Shown one piece after another: positions 47,992 through 57,550 of a stretch of 64,000 nucleotides of DNA; within the stretch, counting starts at the first letter, position 1, and each line of letters starts with the position of its first letter. A program made the position numbers and the translations under genes. Origin of the DNA: Ignavibacteria bacterium. Lineage in GTDB: Bacteria; Bacteroidota; Ignavibacteria; Kapaibacteriales; UBA4661. Under the pieces are notes generated by a model, which was not told the DNA's origin, did not search any database, and saw nothing but the letters and a program-made list of their open reading frames with translations. The stretch covers positions 19,008-83,007 of the forward strand of contig CANHDJ010000006.1 in the NCBI GenBank assembly GCA_947459425.1, written 5' to 3'.

Positions 47992-50454
47992 TCACATCGC
48001 CTGAAGCGCGACAAGCGTAATATCGTCGTGTTGGTGGGCTTTTCCGGCAAATTTTCGTACATCGGCAAGTGTTGCCGAAATAAGATCGGCAGCGTGGAGG
48101 GGTGCATTGCGGAGAGTTTTCATCATGCGCTCTTCACCATACTCGGCGTGTTCGGCGTTCATTGCCTCGGTCACGCCGTCGGTATAGAGCAGCAAGCAAT
48201 CGCCTTTTTCCAGCGTCACGCTTGCTGTTGTAACGGCTCTCTCGAAACGCTCTCCCTTGTCCAAGCCCAGCGCCATGCCTTTTGCCGCGACGGTGCTGAT
48301 ATCGCCGCTTTTGCGCAAGACCACGAGCGGGTTGTGTCCGGCATTGGAAAAGGAAAATTCGCGGGTGTAGGTGTTGTAGATGCCGTAAATCATAGAGACA
48401 AACTTTCCACGCTCCATCACGCCATAGAGCAGAGCATTGACGCGGTGCAGTACGTCCGACGGCGAGCCGCTTCCCCGGACTTGGGAAACAATCACGCCTT
48501 TTGCTAAAGTGATATAAAACGCCGCCGAAATCCCCTTCCCCGACACGTCGCCAATCAAGACTCCAAGCCGTTTGTCGTCCAAAGGAAAAAAGTCGTAGTA
48601 ATCGCCGCCAACCTCGTAAGCAGGAATACACGCGGCACTGACGATAACGCTTTCAAACGTCGGCAATGAGCGCGGCAATAGCTTTTGTTGGACGCTTTTG
48701 GCGGCAGCAATTTCTTGGTGCATCCGTTCATTTTCTTCCAGAAGCGAAAGGAAAGTCGGCTTGTAATCGGCTTCGGTGACGGTTTCCGGGGCATTGCCGT
48801 AGTACGCAATAGCGCTCGTAACAAGCGCCACCGCAAAGATAACCCCCAGCAGCACCATCACAAACGGATGAATCGTGAACAATCCCAACGAGATAAGAAA
48901 ACAATTCATAATCAGAGATGCCAAAAGCGCCAGCATATCAGCAAAATACAGCACCGACAGCCCAACAACAACCCGTAAAAAGGAGTGTGCCAGCACAACC
49001 CAAATATCCGTTGTTTGCAGTGATTCAAAAAGCGCTTGTGCCAAAACTGCTAAGAGCAAAGTCCCCACCATCGCGTATTTGCGAGGCACAAGCCAGTAGA
49101 TGACCATTGCCGGAACGATTAAAAAAATGAACGATATTGGTACAACTGACCCGATGGTGGTGAGAAAGCCCGTCAATGCGTGGCGCATCACAAATGGCAA
49201 CGAATAATAATTGGTATTCAGATGAAGCGTTGCCAAGGTTGAAATATTGAAGCGCTCGCCAATAATAGGCACAAAGAGAAGTAGAGCCGTGTATATCGCA
49301 CCCAAACTCATACCGACAAGTATCATACGCCCCCAATGAAACGATTCCAATGGTTTTTCACGGAAGCGCATCAGCGTATAAAATTTTTCTGAACAAATTT
49401 CTCGCAGCACGGAAATACTACCGGCAATCGGCACGGCAATAAAGAAGAAACCAAACCCCAGCGTGTAAAAAACAAAAATTATCGCCAGTCCATACCAAGG
49501 AATCTCGCCCATACCCAATAATGCAGAGGTCATAGAAAGCCCCGACAGCGCTGCTATTGCCAAAAGTCCCGTATTGACCGCTTTAAGCCGCAGACGATTC
49601 ACCCAAATCATCAACAGCCCGACAATCGCAATCCCCACCATCACCCAGAAAAGAATGATAATCACCGTTCGCGCAGAAACGCCACCATTATCACTCGGCG
49701 CGGCGGAGGAGGAAGCTCTAACACTTATGCGCTGCTGCCACTCAGCCGACCAAACGACGGGCGATGTGGAGACTTTTTGCGCCGATACGAGGAGTTCTCG
49801 TTTGAGCAAGGAATCTTGTGAAATCTGCGCGATAAAGGCAATTTTTTCAGCATCGGTGGTATCGCGCTTCCAAACAGCACCGCTCGGCAGTTTGCGCAGA
49901 ATATCGTGCGGAATAAGCCCAAGGAGACGTTCCCGCAAAGCCGTTGTATCGGTGGCGGGAAGCAAGTTCTCGCTTAATCGCTGCGTTTCGCCGACAATCT
50001 GCCCTCGCTCATTCAACCATAATGTGCGAGATAATCCTTCTTCAGCGAGGCTTTGTGCGGACTTTGAGCGAGGTCGAGAGCGATTTCCGGTGGAAAAATT
50101 GATATTGAGTCCGCCTTTTTCTTTTTTCCGAATCCTCATTCGGTACAGAATTTGCTGCACATCGGCGGTATCTAAAAACAATCTCATAGAGGCTCCGTAA
50201 TGAGCTTTGATGCTATCTAAAAGCCCTTCATCGACACTTGCCTCGGATGACATTTCGACCGAATCCCGCGCAATACCAGATTTTGCCAGAATACTGTCGC
50301 GGACAGAGTGCAAACGCTCGTCCAAACCAGACATCAATGGCTTGAATTGCCAATAATCGCGGAGAAGAAAGCACATAACCAGCGCCAATGCGCCCAAAGC
50401 GAAAACGAGAGCATCGGTGCGGGGTTTGCGGGAGGGAAATATTGGGTGAATCAT
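47992..50454 (-). CDS. Membrane-bound PP2C-type protein serine/threonine phosphatase (SpoIIE/RsbU family) with a large N-terminal multi-pass membrane sensor region
   Basis: C-terminal PP2C motifs 'GGDYYDFFPLDDKRLGVLIGDVSGKGISAAFY', 'LLYTDGVTEA' and 'HQHDDITLVALQ'. Many hydrophobic helices lie upstream. I placed the start at the ATG at 50454; the track's 50514 is a TTG. Confidence 0.78.
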   Translation of the reverse strand: MIHPIFPSRKPRTDALVFALGALALVMCFLLRDYWQFKPLMSGLDERLHSVRDSILAKSGIARDSVEMSSEASVDEGLLDSIKAHYGASMRLFLDTADVQQILYRMRIRKKEKGGLNINFSTGNRSRPRSKSAQSLAEEGLSRTLWLNERGQIVGETQRLSENLLPATDTTALRERLLGLIPHDILRKLPSGAVWKRDTTDAEKIAFIAQISQDSLLKRELLVSAQKVSTSPVVWSAEWQQRISVRASSSAAPSDNGGVSARTVIIILFWVMVGIAIVGLLMIWVNRLRLKAVNTGLLAIAALSGLSMTSALLGMGEIPWYGLAIIFVFYTLGFGFFFIAVPIAGSISVLREICSEKFYTLMRFREKPLESFHWGRMILVGMSLGAIYTALLLFVPIIGERFNISTLATLHLNTNYYSLPFVMRHALTGFLTTIGSVVPISFIFLIVPAMVIYWLVPRKYAMVGTLLLAVLAQALFESLQTTDIWVVLAHSFLRVVVGLSVLYFADMLALLASLIMNCFLISLGLFTIHPFVMVLLGVIFAVALVTSAIAYYGNAPETVTEADYKPTFLSLLEENERMHQEIAAAKSVQQKLLPRSLPTFESVIVSAACIPAYEVGGDYYDFFPLDDKRLGVLIGDVSGKGISAAFYITLAKGVIVSQVRGSGSPSDVLHRVNALLYGVMERGKFVSMIYGIYNTYTREFSFSNAGHNPLVVLRKSGDISTVAAKGMALGLDKGERFERAVTTASVTLEKGDCLLLYTDGVTEAMNAEHAEYGEERMMKTLRNAPLHAADLISATLADVRKFAGKAHQHDDITLVALQAM

Positions 50455-50715
50455 CGTTGTTCGGTCGAGTGTGGATAAAGGGTGTCGGCGTTGTGTTTTG
50501 CCATTGCTACGCAATTTTTGATAAGGAAGTTACGGAATTTGCTGGATTTTGAACGATTTTTTTCGCGGCATGGAGCAGCGTTTCTGGTATATCGCCCCAA
50601 CGCCGAAAAAATTTTGCTCTACTCTTTCGTCAATGTATATTGCCGCCTTCATCATGCTCCAATTCACGATGCGTTTCACTGGATTCGCCGACATTTACCA
50701 TTTTTCTTGCTTGTT

Positions 50716-53004
50716 ATGCTTACGTCACTTGCCCTGCGCACCCGTTTAATCCTGCTTTCCGCCGTTCCGCTTGCGATGCTGCTCGTATTGATGGGCATAT
50801 TGGCGTGGTCGCGCTGGCAACGCATGGCAGAAACGTCGCAACTTTCGACGCTTTCCGCCATCGCACAAACGTCGGGTGAGTTTATCCATGAATTGCAGTT
50901 GGAACGCGCTTACAGCTCGCGCTTTCTCAATGCGCATGGCGCACAATTTGGCGATGAACTCCGCCGACAACGTACTATATCCGACAACAAACTTGCGGCA
51001 TACACCGCCATACGCCAAAGCCCCGTTGTGGAATCCATTGAAGGAATGACTGAATCGGTCAAAAGAACAACAGACCTGCTGGCGCAACTCCGCGAAAAGC
51101 GCACCAATGTTGATGCGCTGGCAATGACGGCAGCAGAAGAAGGCGATTATTACGGCAATCTGATTGATGAAATTATTGCCGATGTCGAATTTACGGCAAA
51201 AGCCGCCACCTACGATGCAGCAATTTTTCGCTCAACGCTCTCCTACATCACCTTTATCAAACTCAAAGAGCGCTTGGGCAAAGAACGTGCCTTGCTTACG
51301 GGCTTATTCACCCGCGATACCGCAACAAAAGAAGAGTTTATTAAAGCAACGCGCATTGCCTCTGAGCAGTTCACACTGGCGGCTCTCTATCGCACAATGG
51401 CTGCGCCGGAGGAACTTGTACGATTCGATGGATTGGTAAAAAGCGATTTGGGTGTACGCATCCGCACCATGCGACGGGCGCTCTCCGAACGCTTCCCTGA
51501 GCGCGGATTTGGTGTTCAAGCCGAAGAATGGTTCGACGTGACGACGCAGCAAATCAATAAAGCAAAGGAACACGAAACAGCCCTTGCTGCCACCATGACC
51601 GCACAGAATCTTGCCTTGGAGCGCCAATCGCGTATGATGCTACTCATACTCTTGGCAACGCTGGCGGTTATTTTGTTGGGTGTATTTTTCCTCAGCGCCC
51701 GCATTACGCACACAATTCGCCAACCGATTCAAGACCTGACCGAAGGTGCAGAGCGCATAGAATCGGGGAATTTGACGACACCCGTTCCGATTACATCCAG
51801 CGACGAAATTGGTCGTTTTGCCCAAACCTTCAACCGCATGGTGGAGAATCTCAAGTCCGAGCGTAGCGCTTTGCAAGCCGAAAAAACCAGTGTCGAAGCG
51901 AAAGTCCGCGAGGCAGTGCGTACCACAGAAACCCAGCAAAAGCACCTACAAACCAGCGTTCAAGAAATGCTGCAAACGATGGAATATTTTGCCAAAGGCG
52001 ATTTGGCAAAACCGCTTCCAAGCGGTACGCAAGGCGATATTGGGCGACTTTACGACGGCTACAATCAAGCAATCGGTAATATTCGCGCCATGGTGGGTCA
52101 GGTGAAAATGGTGATTGGCGCGGCTGCCAATGCGACGGGCGCTATCACTTCCGACATGAACGGCGTGGAAGGTGATATTTCCACGCAAAGCGAACAAATC
52201 AGCAATATCGCCTCGGCAATGGAAGAAATGAGTGCAACGATTGCCGAGACGACGCAGCAAACCACGCAAGCCTCGAAAGCCGCTTCCGAAGCCGAGCGCG
52301 AGGCGCAATCCGGCGGAACGGTTGTGAGCGAAACACTCACGGCAGTACGGTCTATCGGCGAAGTGGTCATGCACTCGGTGGAATCGATCCAAGCGCTTGA
52401 CCGCAGTAGTGAGCAAATCGGCATGGTTATTCAAGTGATTGACGAAATTGCCGACCAGACGAATCTTCTGGCGCTCAATGCTGCCATCGAAGCAGCCCGC
52501 GCCGGCGACCATGGACGCGGCTTTGCGGTTGTTGCCGATGAAGTCCGAAAACTCGCCGAGCGCACCCAAGAAGCCACCAAAGAAATCAGTTCGACAATTA
52601 AGCAAATCCAACGCGAGACACACAGCGTTGTCCACGAGATGCGAAGCGGTGTACAGGAAGTGGAAAAAGGAAACGTCGCAGCAGCAAAAGCAAAAGAAGC
52701 ATTGGAGCGCATTATTTCGCGGAGCAAGGAAGTATCGGGGATTATCGGGCAAGTGGCGGTTGCTTCGGAGCAGCAAGCCACAAGCGTCGAACTCATTGCT
52801 TCCAACGTTGATTCTATCGCACGTCTGACGAAGCATTCGCAAGATGCCGTGCGCAGCACCACCGACACGACAAGAAATCTTGGGCAGCTCACGGGAGATT
52901 TGGAATATTTGATTGGACAGTTCCGGATTGATGACGGAAGCGGCTCCGGGGGCGGGTTGTATAGAATTGGAGAGAATGCGCAGAAGCAGATTGCAATGGA
53001 ATAA
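50716..53004 (+). CDS. Methyl-accepting chemotaxis protein with a NIT-like periplasmic sensor, HAMP domain and MCP signalling domain
   Basis: From the ATG at 50716 the order is TM1 '[24 protein letters not shown]', a sensor with '[31 protein letters not shown]' (NIT-like), TM2, HAMP ('[16 protein letters not shown]...[12 protein letters not shown]'), then the highly conserved '[34 protein letters not shown]'. The track start at 50482 is a GTG and would crowd the divergent gene. Confidence 0.82.
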   Translation: MLTSLALRTRLILLSAVPLAMLLVLMGILAWSRWQRMAETSQLSTLSAIAQTSGEFIHELQLERAYSSRFLNAHGAQFGDELRRQRTISDNKLAAYTAIRQSPVVESIEGMTESVKRTTDLLAQLREKRTNVDALAMTAAEEGDYYGNLIDEIIADVEFTAKAATYDAAIFRSTLSYITFIKLKERLGKERALLTGLFTRDTATKEEFIKATRIASEQFTLAALYRTMAAPEELVRFDGLVKSDLGVRIRTMRRALSERFPERGFGVQAEEWFDVTTQQINKAKEHETALAATMTAQNLALERQSRMMLLILLATLAVILLGVFFLSARITHTIRQPIQDLTEGAERIESGNLTTPVPITSSDEIGRFAQTFNRMVENLKSERSALQAEKTSVEAKVREAVRTTETQQKHLQTSVQEMLQTMEYFAKGDLAKPLPSGTQGDIGRLYDGYNQAIGNIRAMVGQVKMVIGAAANATGAITSDMNGVEGDISTQSEQISNIASAMEEMSATIAETTQQTTQASKAASEAEREAQSGGTVVSETLTAVRSIGEVVMHSVESIQALDRSSEQIGMVIQVIDEIADQTNLLALNAAIEAARAGDHGRGFAVVADEVRKLAERTQEATKEISSTIKQIQRETHSVVHEMRSGVQEVEKGNVAAAKAKEALERIISRSKEVSGIIGQVAVASEQQATSVELIASNVDSIARLTKHSQDAVRSTTDTTRNLGQLTGDLEYLIGQFRIDDGSGSGGGLYRIGENAQKQIAME

Positions 53005-53030
53005 TTGCCACAAGTTCAGACACATATAAA

Positions 53031-53079
53031 AACGGCGTTATTCCTCGCTTCTCCGAAGAATAACGCCGTTGTCATTTTT
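53031..53079. terminator. Bidirectional terminator between convergent genes
   Basis: aacggcgttattc / gaataacgccgtt (13-bp perfect stem, 14-nt loop), then a T-run at 53075..53079. It lies between the MCP stop (53004) and the minus-strand gene stop (53154). Confidence 0.6.
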
Positions 53080-53153
53080 CTATATGCGTGAGTTTTATTC
53101 GTTTGATGCAGCCCTCATGTCAAGATGACGATACACCTCCCTTTGTAAGCACC

Positions 53154-53789
53154 TCAAAATAGCTTGTACTCCGCAGACAACGTAAACGAATGCAGAATAC
53201 CCATAAACGCCAAAAGAAGCAATACCGACAGAATAACGCCAAGGCAAGCAATCGCCAATGCTTGTTGTTGTGCGGCTTTCAGACTTGTGCGCGGCAGCAC
53301 CTTTTGAAAGTGAATACTCGCCACGTGTGCAAAAATGGCAATAATTGACAGACCATAATACGGTACATAATACCACCAAAGCCAGCTTAGAAGCGGCGAT
53401 GCGCCAAAATAGAAATTTGTATCAAGGTTGAAGAAATATCGCCCCATCATCACGGCAAAAATGTGTGCAATCAAAAAGAACGACAAATACAGTCCCGAAG
53501 CCACTTGTACGCGCTCAATGAACGCTATGCCCCGCCAGCCTTTCCGCCGTACAAGCATAATTCCACTTGGCACTTGAATTGACACCGCAGCGAGGAGCAA
53601 TGCTTCTCCCAGAGGATTGCGATAGATAAGCCGAGCAAATTGCATGAAATTGATGTGCATTTCTACCGAAACCAGTGCAAAAAGATGGTTTAGCAGGTGA
53701 AGAGCGATAAATGCCGCCAGGGTTAGCCCGGCAAAACGGTGAAGGCGCAAAAGGCGCAGAGAATCAGGGTTTGTGATCGGAGTGTTCAT
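53154..53789 (-). CDS. Integral membrane protein with conserved intramembrane His residues, possibly a di-heme cytochrome b-like subunit
   Basis: Start taken at 'MNTPITNPDSLRLLRLHRFAGLTLAAFIALHLLNHLFAL'. It has about 5 TM helices with His in helices 1, 3 and 5 ('HLLNHL', 'AHIFAV', 'FAHVASIH'). There are no neighbouring SdhA/SdhB-like genes, so the assignment is weak. Confidence 0.3.
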   Translation of the reverse strand: MNTPITNPDSLRLLRLHRFAGLTLAAFIALHLLNHLFALVSVEMHINFMQFARLIYRNPLGEALLLAAVSIQVPSGIMLVRRKGWRGIAFIERVQVASGLYLSFFLIAHIFAVMMGRYFFNLDTNFYFGASPLLSWLWWYYVPYYGLSIIAIFAHVASIHFQKVLPRTSLKAAQQQALAIACLGVILSVLLLLAFMGILHSFTLSAEYKLF

Positions 53790-53946
53790 AATCAAGAAAG
53801 AGAATGAAGAATATCGGATTATGCACACAAGACCAACAGCGTGAAGTTTTGTGACAAGAAATCGCAGTCTTTTTTTCGCAACAAACCCCAAATTTCAGCG
53901 TACATTCCCCCAAAAGCTCTTCATTCCTCATGTTTCAGGGCATCGT

Positions 53947-55068
53947 ATGATTTCTCCCTTTCTCAGTCAAAAATTTCGTTTTTGGGCATTTGTGTCCATG
54001 CTGCTGTTGGTGTTTGTGCATGGCTACAATCTTGAACAGCGCTATTTAGAGCCATCTTCGCTTGTCAGCGAGTCGCTCACTTTCACGAGTTTCTTCGAGT
54101 ATTTCACGGCAAATGGCATATTTCGTTTTCGTATTCCAATGCTTTTTGCCATTTCGGGGTATTTATTTGCACTCGGCGACACGAAACCGTACAAAGAGCG
54201 CGTAAAATCTCGTATTCAATCGCTTTTTGTGCCGTATATTTTGTGGAGTTTGATTGGATTAGGATTAACCGCCCTTTTGGAACAATTCCTTCCAACGCAA
54301 GGTGCTGTGCGGGCAGCAGACCTCAGTCAGCCAATAGCAGAATATTCATGGGATAATTACCTTTTCCGAACACTCCTGCACCCGATTCCCTTTCAACTCT
54401 GGTTTATTCGGGTTTTGCTGGTGTACAATCTCGCATATCCGCTTCTTCTGCGGGCTGCAACACGCGCACCCAAAATTTGGTTTCCCGTGATTACGCTGAT
54501 ATGGCTGATGTTGCCAATAAACTTTGGCTTCTTTGAACCCGAAGGGCTGCTCTTTTTTACGCTAGGCGTTTGGTTGCAAAAAAACAATGTCAATCTCGAA
54601 ACGCCGCCACGCTTTGTCCAACCCGCACTCTGGGGAGTCGCGTGGGTACTGCTTGCCACAGCAAAAACACTTACTGCATTTTACGCCGAACCCGCCGCAC
54701 CTGTTTTTATCAGCCTCTTGGTGCTTCACCGTCTTTGCGAGGTTTTGGGGCTTGTTGTTGCGTGGTTTGGGATGGATGCTTTGGTGCGTGTTTGCATGGC
54801 ACAACGCTGGGTTCAATGGTCATCGGCATTTTCCTTTATGATTTATGCCTTGCACGTGCCGATGGTCAATTATCTCTTGCACCCTGCGTTCCAGATGTGG
54901 AGCGGCTTTCCGATGTATCGTTTGCAATTATATTTCCTGTTGCCACTGGCGATTATTGCCTTTTGTATCGGTGTTGGAGCGGTGTTGCGGCGGTTTGTGC
55001 CGCCCATTTATGGTATTTTGACTGGTGGGCGTGGTATGGGAGAACAGTTCACGAAAACGTATCATTGA
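53947..55068 (+). CDS. Acyltransferase family 3 (OatA/OpgC-like) membrane acyltransferase
   Basis: About 10 TM helices. 'FRFWAFVSMLLLVFVHGYN...IPMLFAISGYLFA' is typical of PF01757 N-termini. I used the ATG at 53947. Confidence 0.65.
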   Translation: MISPFLSQKFRFWAFVSMLLLVFVHGYNLEQRYLEPSSLVSESLTFTSFFEYFTANGIFRFRIPMLFAISGYLFALGDTKPYKERVKSRIQSLFVPYILWSLIGLGLTALLEQFLPTQGAVRAADLSQPIAEYSWDNYLFRTLLHPIPFQLWFIRVLLVYNLAYPLLLRAATRAPKIWFPVITLIWLMLPINFGFFEPEGLLFFTLGVWLQKNNVNLETPPRFVQPALWGVAWVLLATAKTLTAFYAEPAAPVFISLLVLHRLCEVLGLVVAWFGMDALVRVCMAQRWVQWSSAFSFMIYALHVPMVNYLLHPAFQMWSGFPMYRLQLYFLLPLAIIAFCIGVGAVLRRFVPPIYGILTGGRGMGEQFTKTYH

Positions 55069-55999
55069 GAAGCAATAATTTGTCAGGATTCCTAACAGAA
55101 TACATTTCCGTAACACCTTCATCATCGGCTTCAAGCGTTAGCGCGGCGATGATTTTCCCCGTTTCCTGATGCACAGCGATTGCACCTAATCGCCCATTGA
55201 GCCAGCATGGAAGCCATGCAGAAGGCTCTTTTTTTGCTGCCCATTCAGCAATATTGCGCAAACTCAGAATATTTTTCTCACGTCCGCGCACAACAATACG
55301 CGAAGCAACCACCTTCCCGCCGCCATCGGAATACATCACGACATCCTCTTTCAAAAGGCTGCGCAGCGCATCATACTGGCCCGCCTGCGTTGCCATAGCA
55401 AACGCCTGAAAGAGTGCTGCATGGCGCTCTTGCGAAGCAGAAAAGCGTTTTTTTCCTAATTCCAACTTCGTTTTTGCGCGTTCCATGAGTTTGCGGGCGT
55501 GTGCTTCGGTAATTGCCAGCATTTCTGCGGTTTCGCCATAGGACTCATTGAAAAGTTCTGCAAGAACATAGACGGCACGTTCAAGCGGAGTCAGCGTTTC
55601 CATAAGCCGTAGAAGCCCTATACTGACCGCGTTGGGCGTGTCGAACTCCTGCACACGCGCCTCAGCGCTATGGTCAGGCAATGCTTCGGTAAGCGAGGAA
55701 ACAAGAGGTTCCGGCAGCCAAACACCCCAATACGATTCCGCAATCTCGCGCTGCATCGCTTCTTTGCGCGTGAGCGCACGATTAACAATCGCTTTGCCGC
55801 AATACGCCTTGAGGTTGCGGACTTCGCTCTGCGCGGCATCCGTGCTTGCGCTGCGTTCCCACACGCGAGCCGTCACGTCTTGCACAATGTCTTCCGCCTC
55901 AGCCCGCGAGCCGAGAATATTGTATGCCAGATGAAAAAAATATGGACGATAGCGCTGCAACGCGCCTTCAATACTTGCTTCTGGGCTTACGGTCATCAT
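55049..55999 (-). CDS. ECF sigma-70 factor of the SigJ-like class, with a C-terminal SnoaL/NTF2-like extension
   Basis: Region 2 'YFFHLAYNILGSRAEAEDIVQDVTARVWE'. Region 4 'LERAVYVLAELFNESYGETAEMLAITEAHARKLMERAK'. An extra ~110-aa C-terminal domain follows, as in ECF41/56-type sigmas. Confidence 0.75.
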   Translation of the reverse strand: MMTVSPEASIEGALQRYRPYFFHLAYNILGSRAEAEDIVQDVTARVWERSASTDAAQSEVRNLKAYCGKAIVNRALTRKEAMQREIAESYWGVWLPEPLVSSLTEALPDHSAEARVQEFDTPNAVSIGLLRLMETLTPLERAVYVLAELFNESYGETAEMLAITEAHARKLMERAKTKLELGKKRFSASQERHAALFQAFAMATQAGQYDALRSLLKEDVVMYSDGGGKVVASRIVVRGREKNILSLRNIAEWAAKKEPSAWLPCWLNGRLGAIAVHQETGKIIAALTLEADDEGVTEMYSVRNPDKLLLLNDTFS

Positions 56000-56011
56000 T
56001 ATTGCGCTTCC

Positions 56012-56773
56012 TTATTCGTGCAGATTGTTCGTGTCGGCATCGGCAAATTCAACAAGAAAATCGGTGAGATAGGCAATAACGGCATCTAAAAAGGCTTTCC
56101 CTTTTTCCGGCGATGATTTGTGGGGATTACCAACACCAGTGTCGGCAGAAATTTTCGTCCAAGGGCGCGGCGACCAGACTTTGCCCTCACGCATAGCTTT
56201 GATGCGGTTTTGGCGTTGCTTGCCGTCTCCGGCTTCGTCCAAAGGGCGCACAAGTGTTGGTGCGATGTACATCATCACGCTGGTTTCGAGTTCGTCGGCA
56301 TGGTCGCCGGATTCCTCAAAAAATTTGGTGCGATCAGCGAGTTGATACCAGTTTGCCGCGCAAAGAAAGACGCGGGTTTTGGGCTGTAATTCGCGTATGA
56401 TTTGCCGAAAATCATTCCCGCCATGCCCATTCAAAATGAGTAATTTATGAATGCCCTGCCTTTCCAATGAATCCGCAATATCTGACAGCAAAGCCGCTTG
56501 GGTGCTGGGATTCATGTTGATGCATAGTTTGATGTCGAGTTGCCCCGTCTGTACACCAAAAGGAATACACGGCAGTACGACCACCTTTGCACCCTGCGCT
56601 AACGCACCTTTTGCGGCTTCTGCGGCGACATAATCCGCTTGAATACAGTCCGTCGCGTAGGGCAAGTGGTAGTTGTGTGCCTCCGTCGCGCCCCAAGGCA
56701 GAAGTGCGACAGTGTACGGTGTTTCTTGCACCGTTTTCCATGTTGTTGAAGCAAGAAGATAGCGGCGAGGCAT
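56012..56773 (-). CDS. Creatininase-family (creatinine amidohydrolase-like) hydrolase
   Basis: 'LLPWGATEAHNYHLPYATD', 'LILNGHGGN' and 'HADELETS' match PF02633 metal-binding motifs. Confidence 0.75.
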   Translation of the reverse strand: MPRRYLLASTTWKTVQETPYTVALLPWGATEAHNYHLPYATDCIQADYVAAEAAKGALAQGAKVVVLPCIPFGVQTGQLDIKLCINMNPSTQAALLSDIADSLERQGIHKLLILNGHGGNDFRQIIRELQPKTRVFLCAANWYQLADRTKFFEESGDHADELETSVMMYIAPTLVRPLDEAGDGKQRQNRIKAMREGKVWSPRPWTKISADTGVGNPHKSSPEKGKAFLDAVIAYLTDFLVEFADADTNNLHE

Positions 56774-56860
56774 AGAGTGGCAAAGATAAATAATGAAGGA
56801 AAATTATGAGTCAAAAGCCTGAAAGGTCAGTATTGAAGAGCCATACAGGATTTGGCAACT

Positions 56861-57532
56861 TCAAGGTCTCCGCCTCACCGTATCTCGCAGTTTGTCTTCT
56901 TGGACGCGCTTGGCAACAAATTCTTTGATAACGAGCAGGATGCGGAAAATCTCGTGCAGCCCCTCTTCGGAAGTGGCTTCCAAAGGCTTGCAGACGTGAT
57001 ATACTTTCCCCTCTAATGCTGTAAACCACCATTTAGAGCCAATAACGAATGTTCCATAGACAATATGCGGCGTTGCATTGAGGTCTTGTGCGGCAAGCAT
57101 CGCCAACAACATTTGTGCCTCGGGGTCATTGGCAGATTTTTTTTCCTTTTTGTATTCCTGTAAACAGAAGTATGGTGCTTTGGGAACATCAATCCCTCGC
57201 GCAAGAAGAAAATCAGCGTTCATGCGGATTTCAAGGTCGTCGGTGTCGGTGGCAATTTCACGCTCAAAAAAGCCTCGCGCCCCTGTATCTTGGTAGCGGG
57301 CTAAATCTATAACCTGCCCGATAAAATATATTTTTAATTCCTCCTCATTCCAGAAGCGCGTATTGATGAGCAGATTCGCCTGAAGATCAACAAGACGTTC
57401 AAGCGCTTTTGCGGGAATAGTAATCGTAGAGGTGTCAAAAATATCCACCCCTTCAACAGTAGTAAGACCAAAGTAATCAATCACTTCCCCGGCCGTCCAC
57501 TGAAGTAAGCGTTTTTGTTTTTTTGGTTTCAT
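56861..57532 (-). CDS. Hypothetical protein, possibly a PD-(D/E)XK-like nuclease fold
   Basis: 223 aa. A candidate D...(hhh)E-x-K block 'NADFLLARGIDVPKAPYFCLQEYKKEKK' is present. I recognise no family. Confidence 0.4.
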   Translation of the reverse strand: MKPKKQKRLLQWTAGEVIDYFGLTTVEGVDIFDTSTITIPAKALERLVDLQANLLINTRFWNEEELKIYFIGQVIDLARYQDTGARGFFEREIATDTDDLEIRMNADFLLARGIDVPKAPYFCLQEYKKEKKSANDPEAQMLLAMLAAQDLNATPHIVYGTFVIGSKWWFTALEGKVYHVCKPLEATSEEGLHEIFRILLVIKEFVAKRVQEDKLRDTVRRRP

Positions 57533-57550
57533 GGTCGTTGGAAATAAGTG

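Noticed and set aside
47467-47995. ORFs 47467..47817 (+), 47560..47841 (-) and 47801..47995 (-) in the giant-gene upstream region
   Set aside because: They are generated by the tandem repeat: the same 'ERSPRRSDFF.AARG' peptide recurs in phase with the 70-bp units. They are Arg/Pro-rich with no start context, and most likely non-coding.
50482-50715. MCP start at the GTG at 50482 (track) and phosphatase start at the TTG at 50514
   Set aside because: Those starts would make the divergent genes overlap or leave no promoter space. The ATG starts at 50716 (MCP) and 50454 (phosphatase) leave a 260-bp divergent control region and put the TM1 helices at the N-termini.
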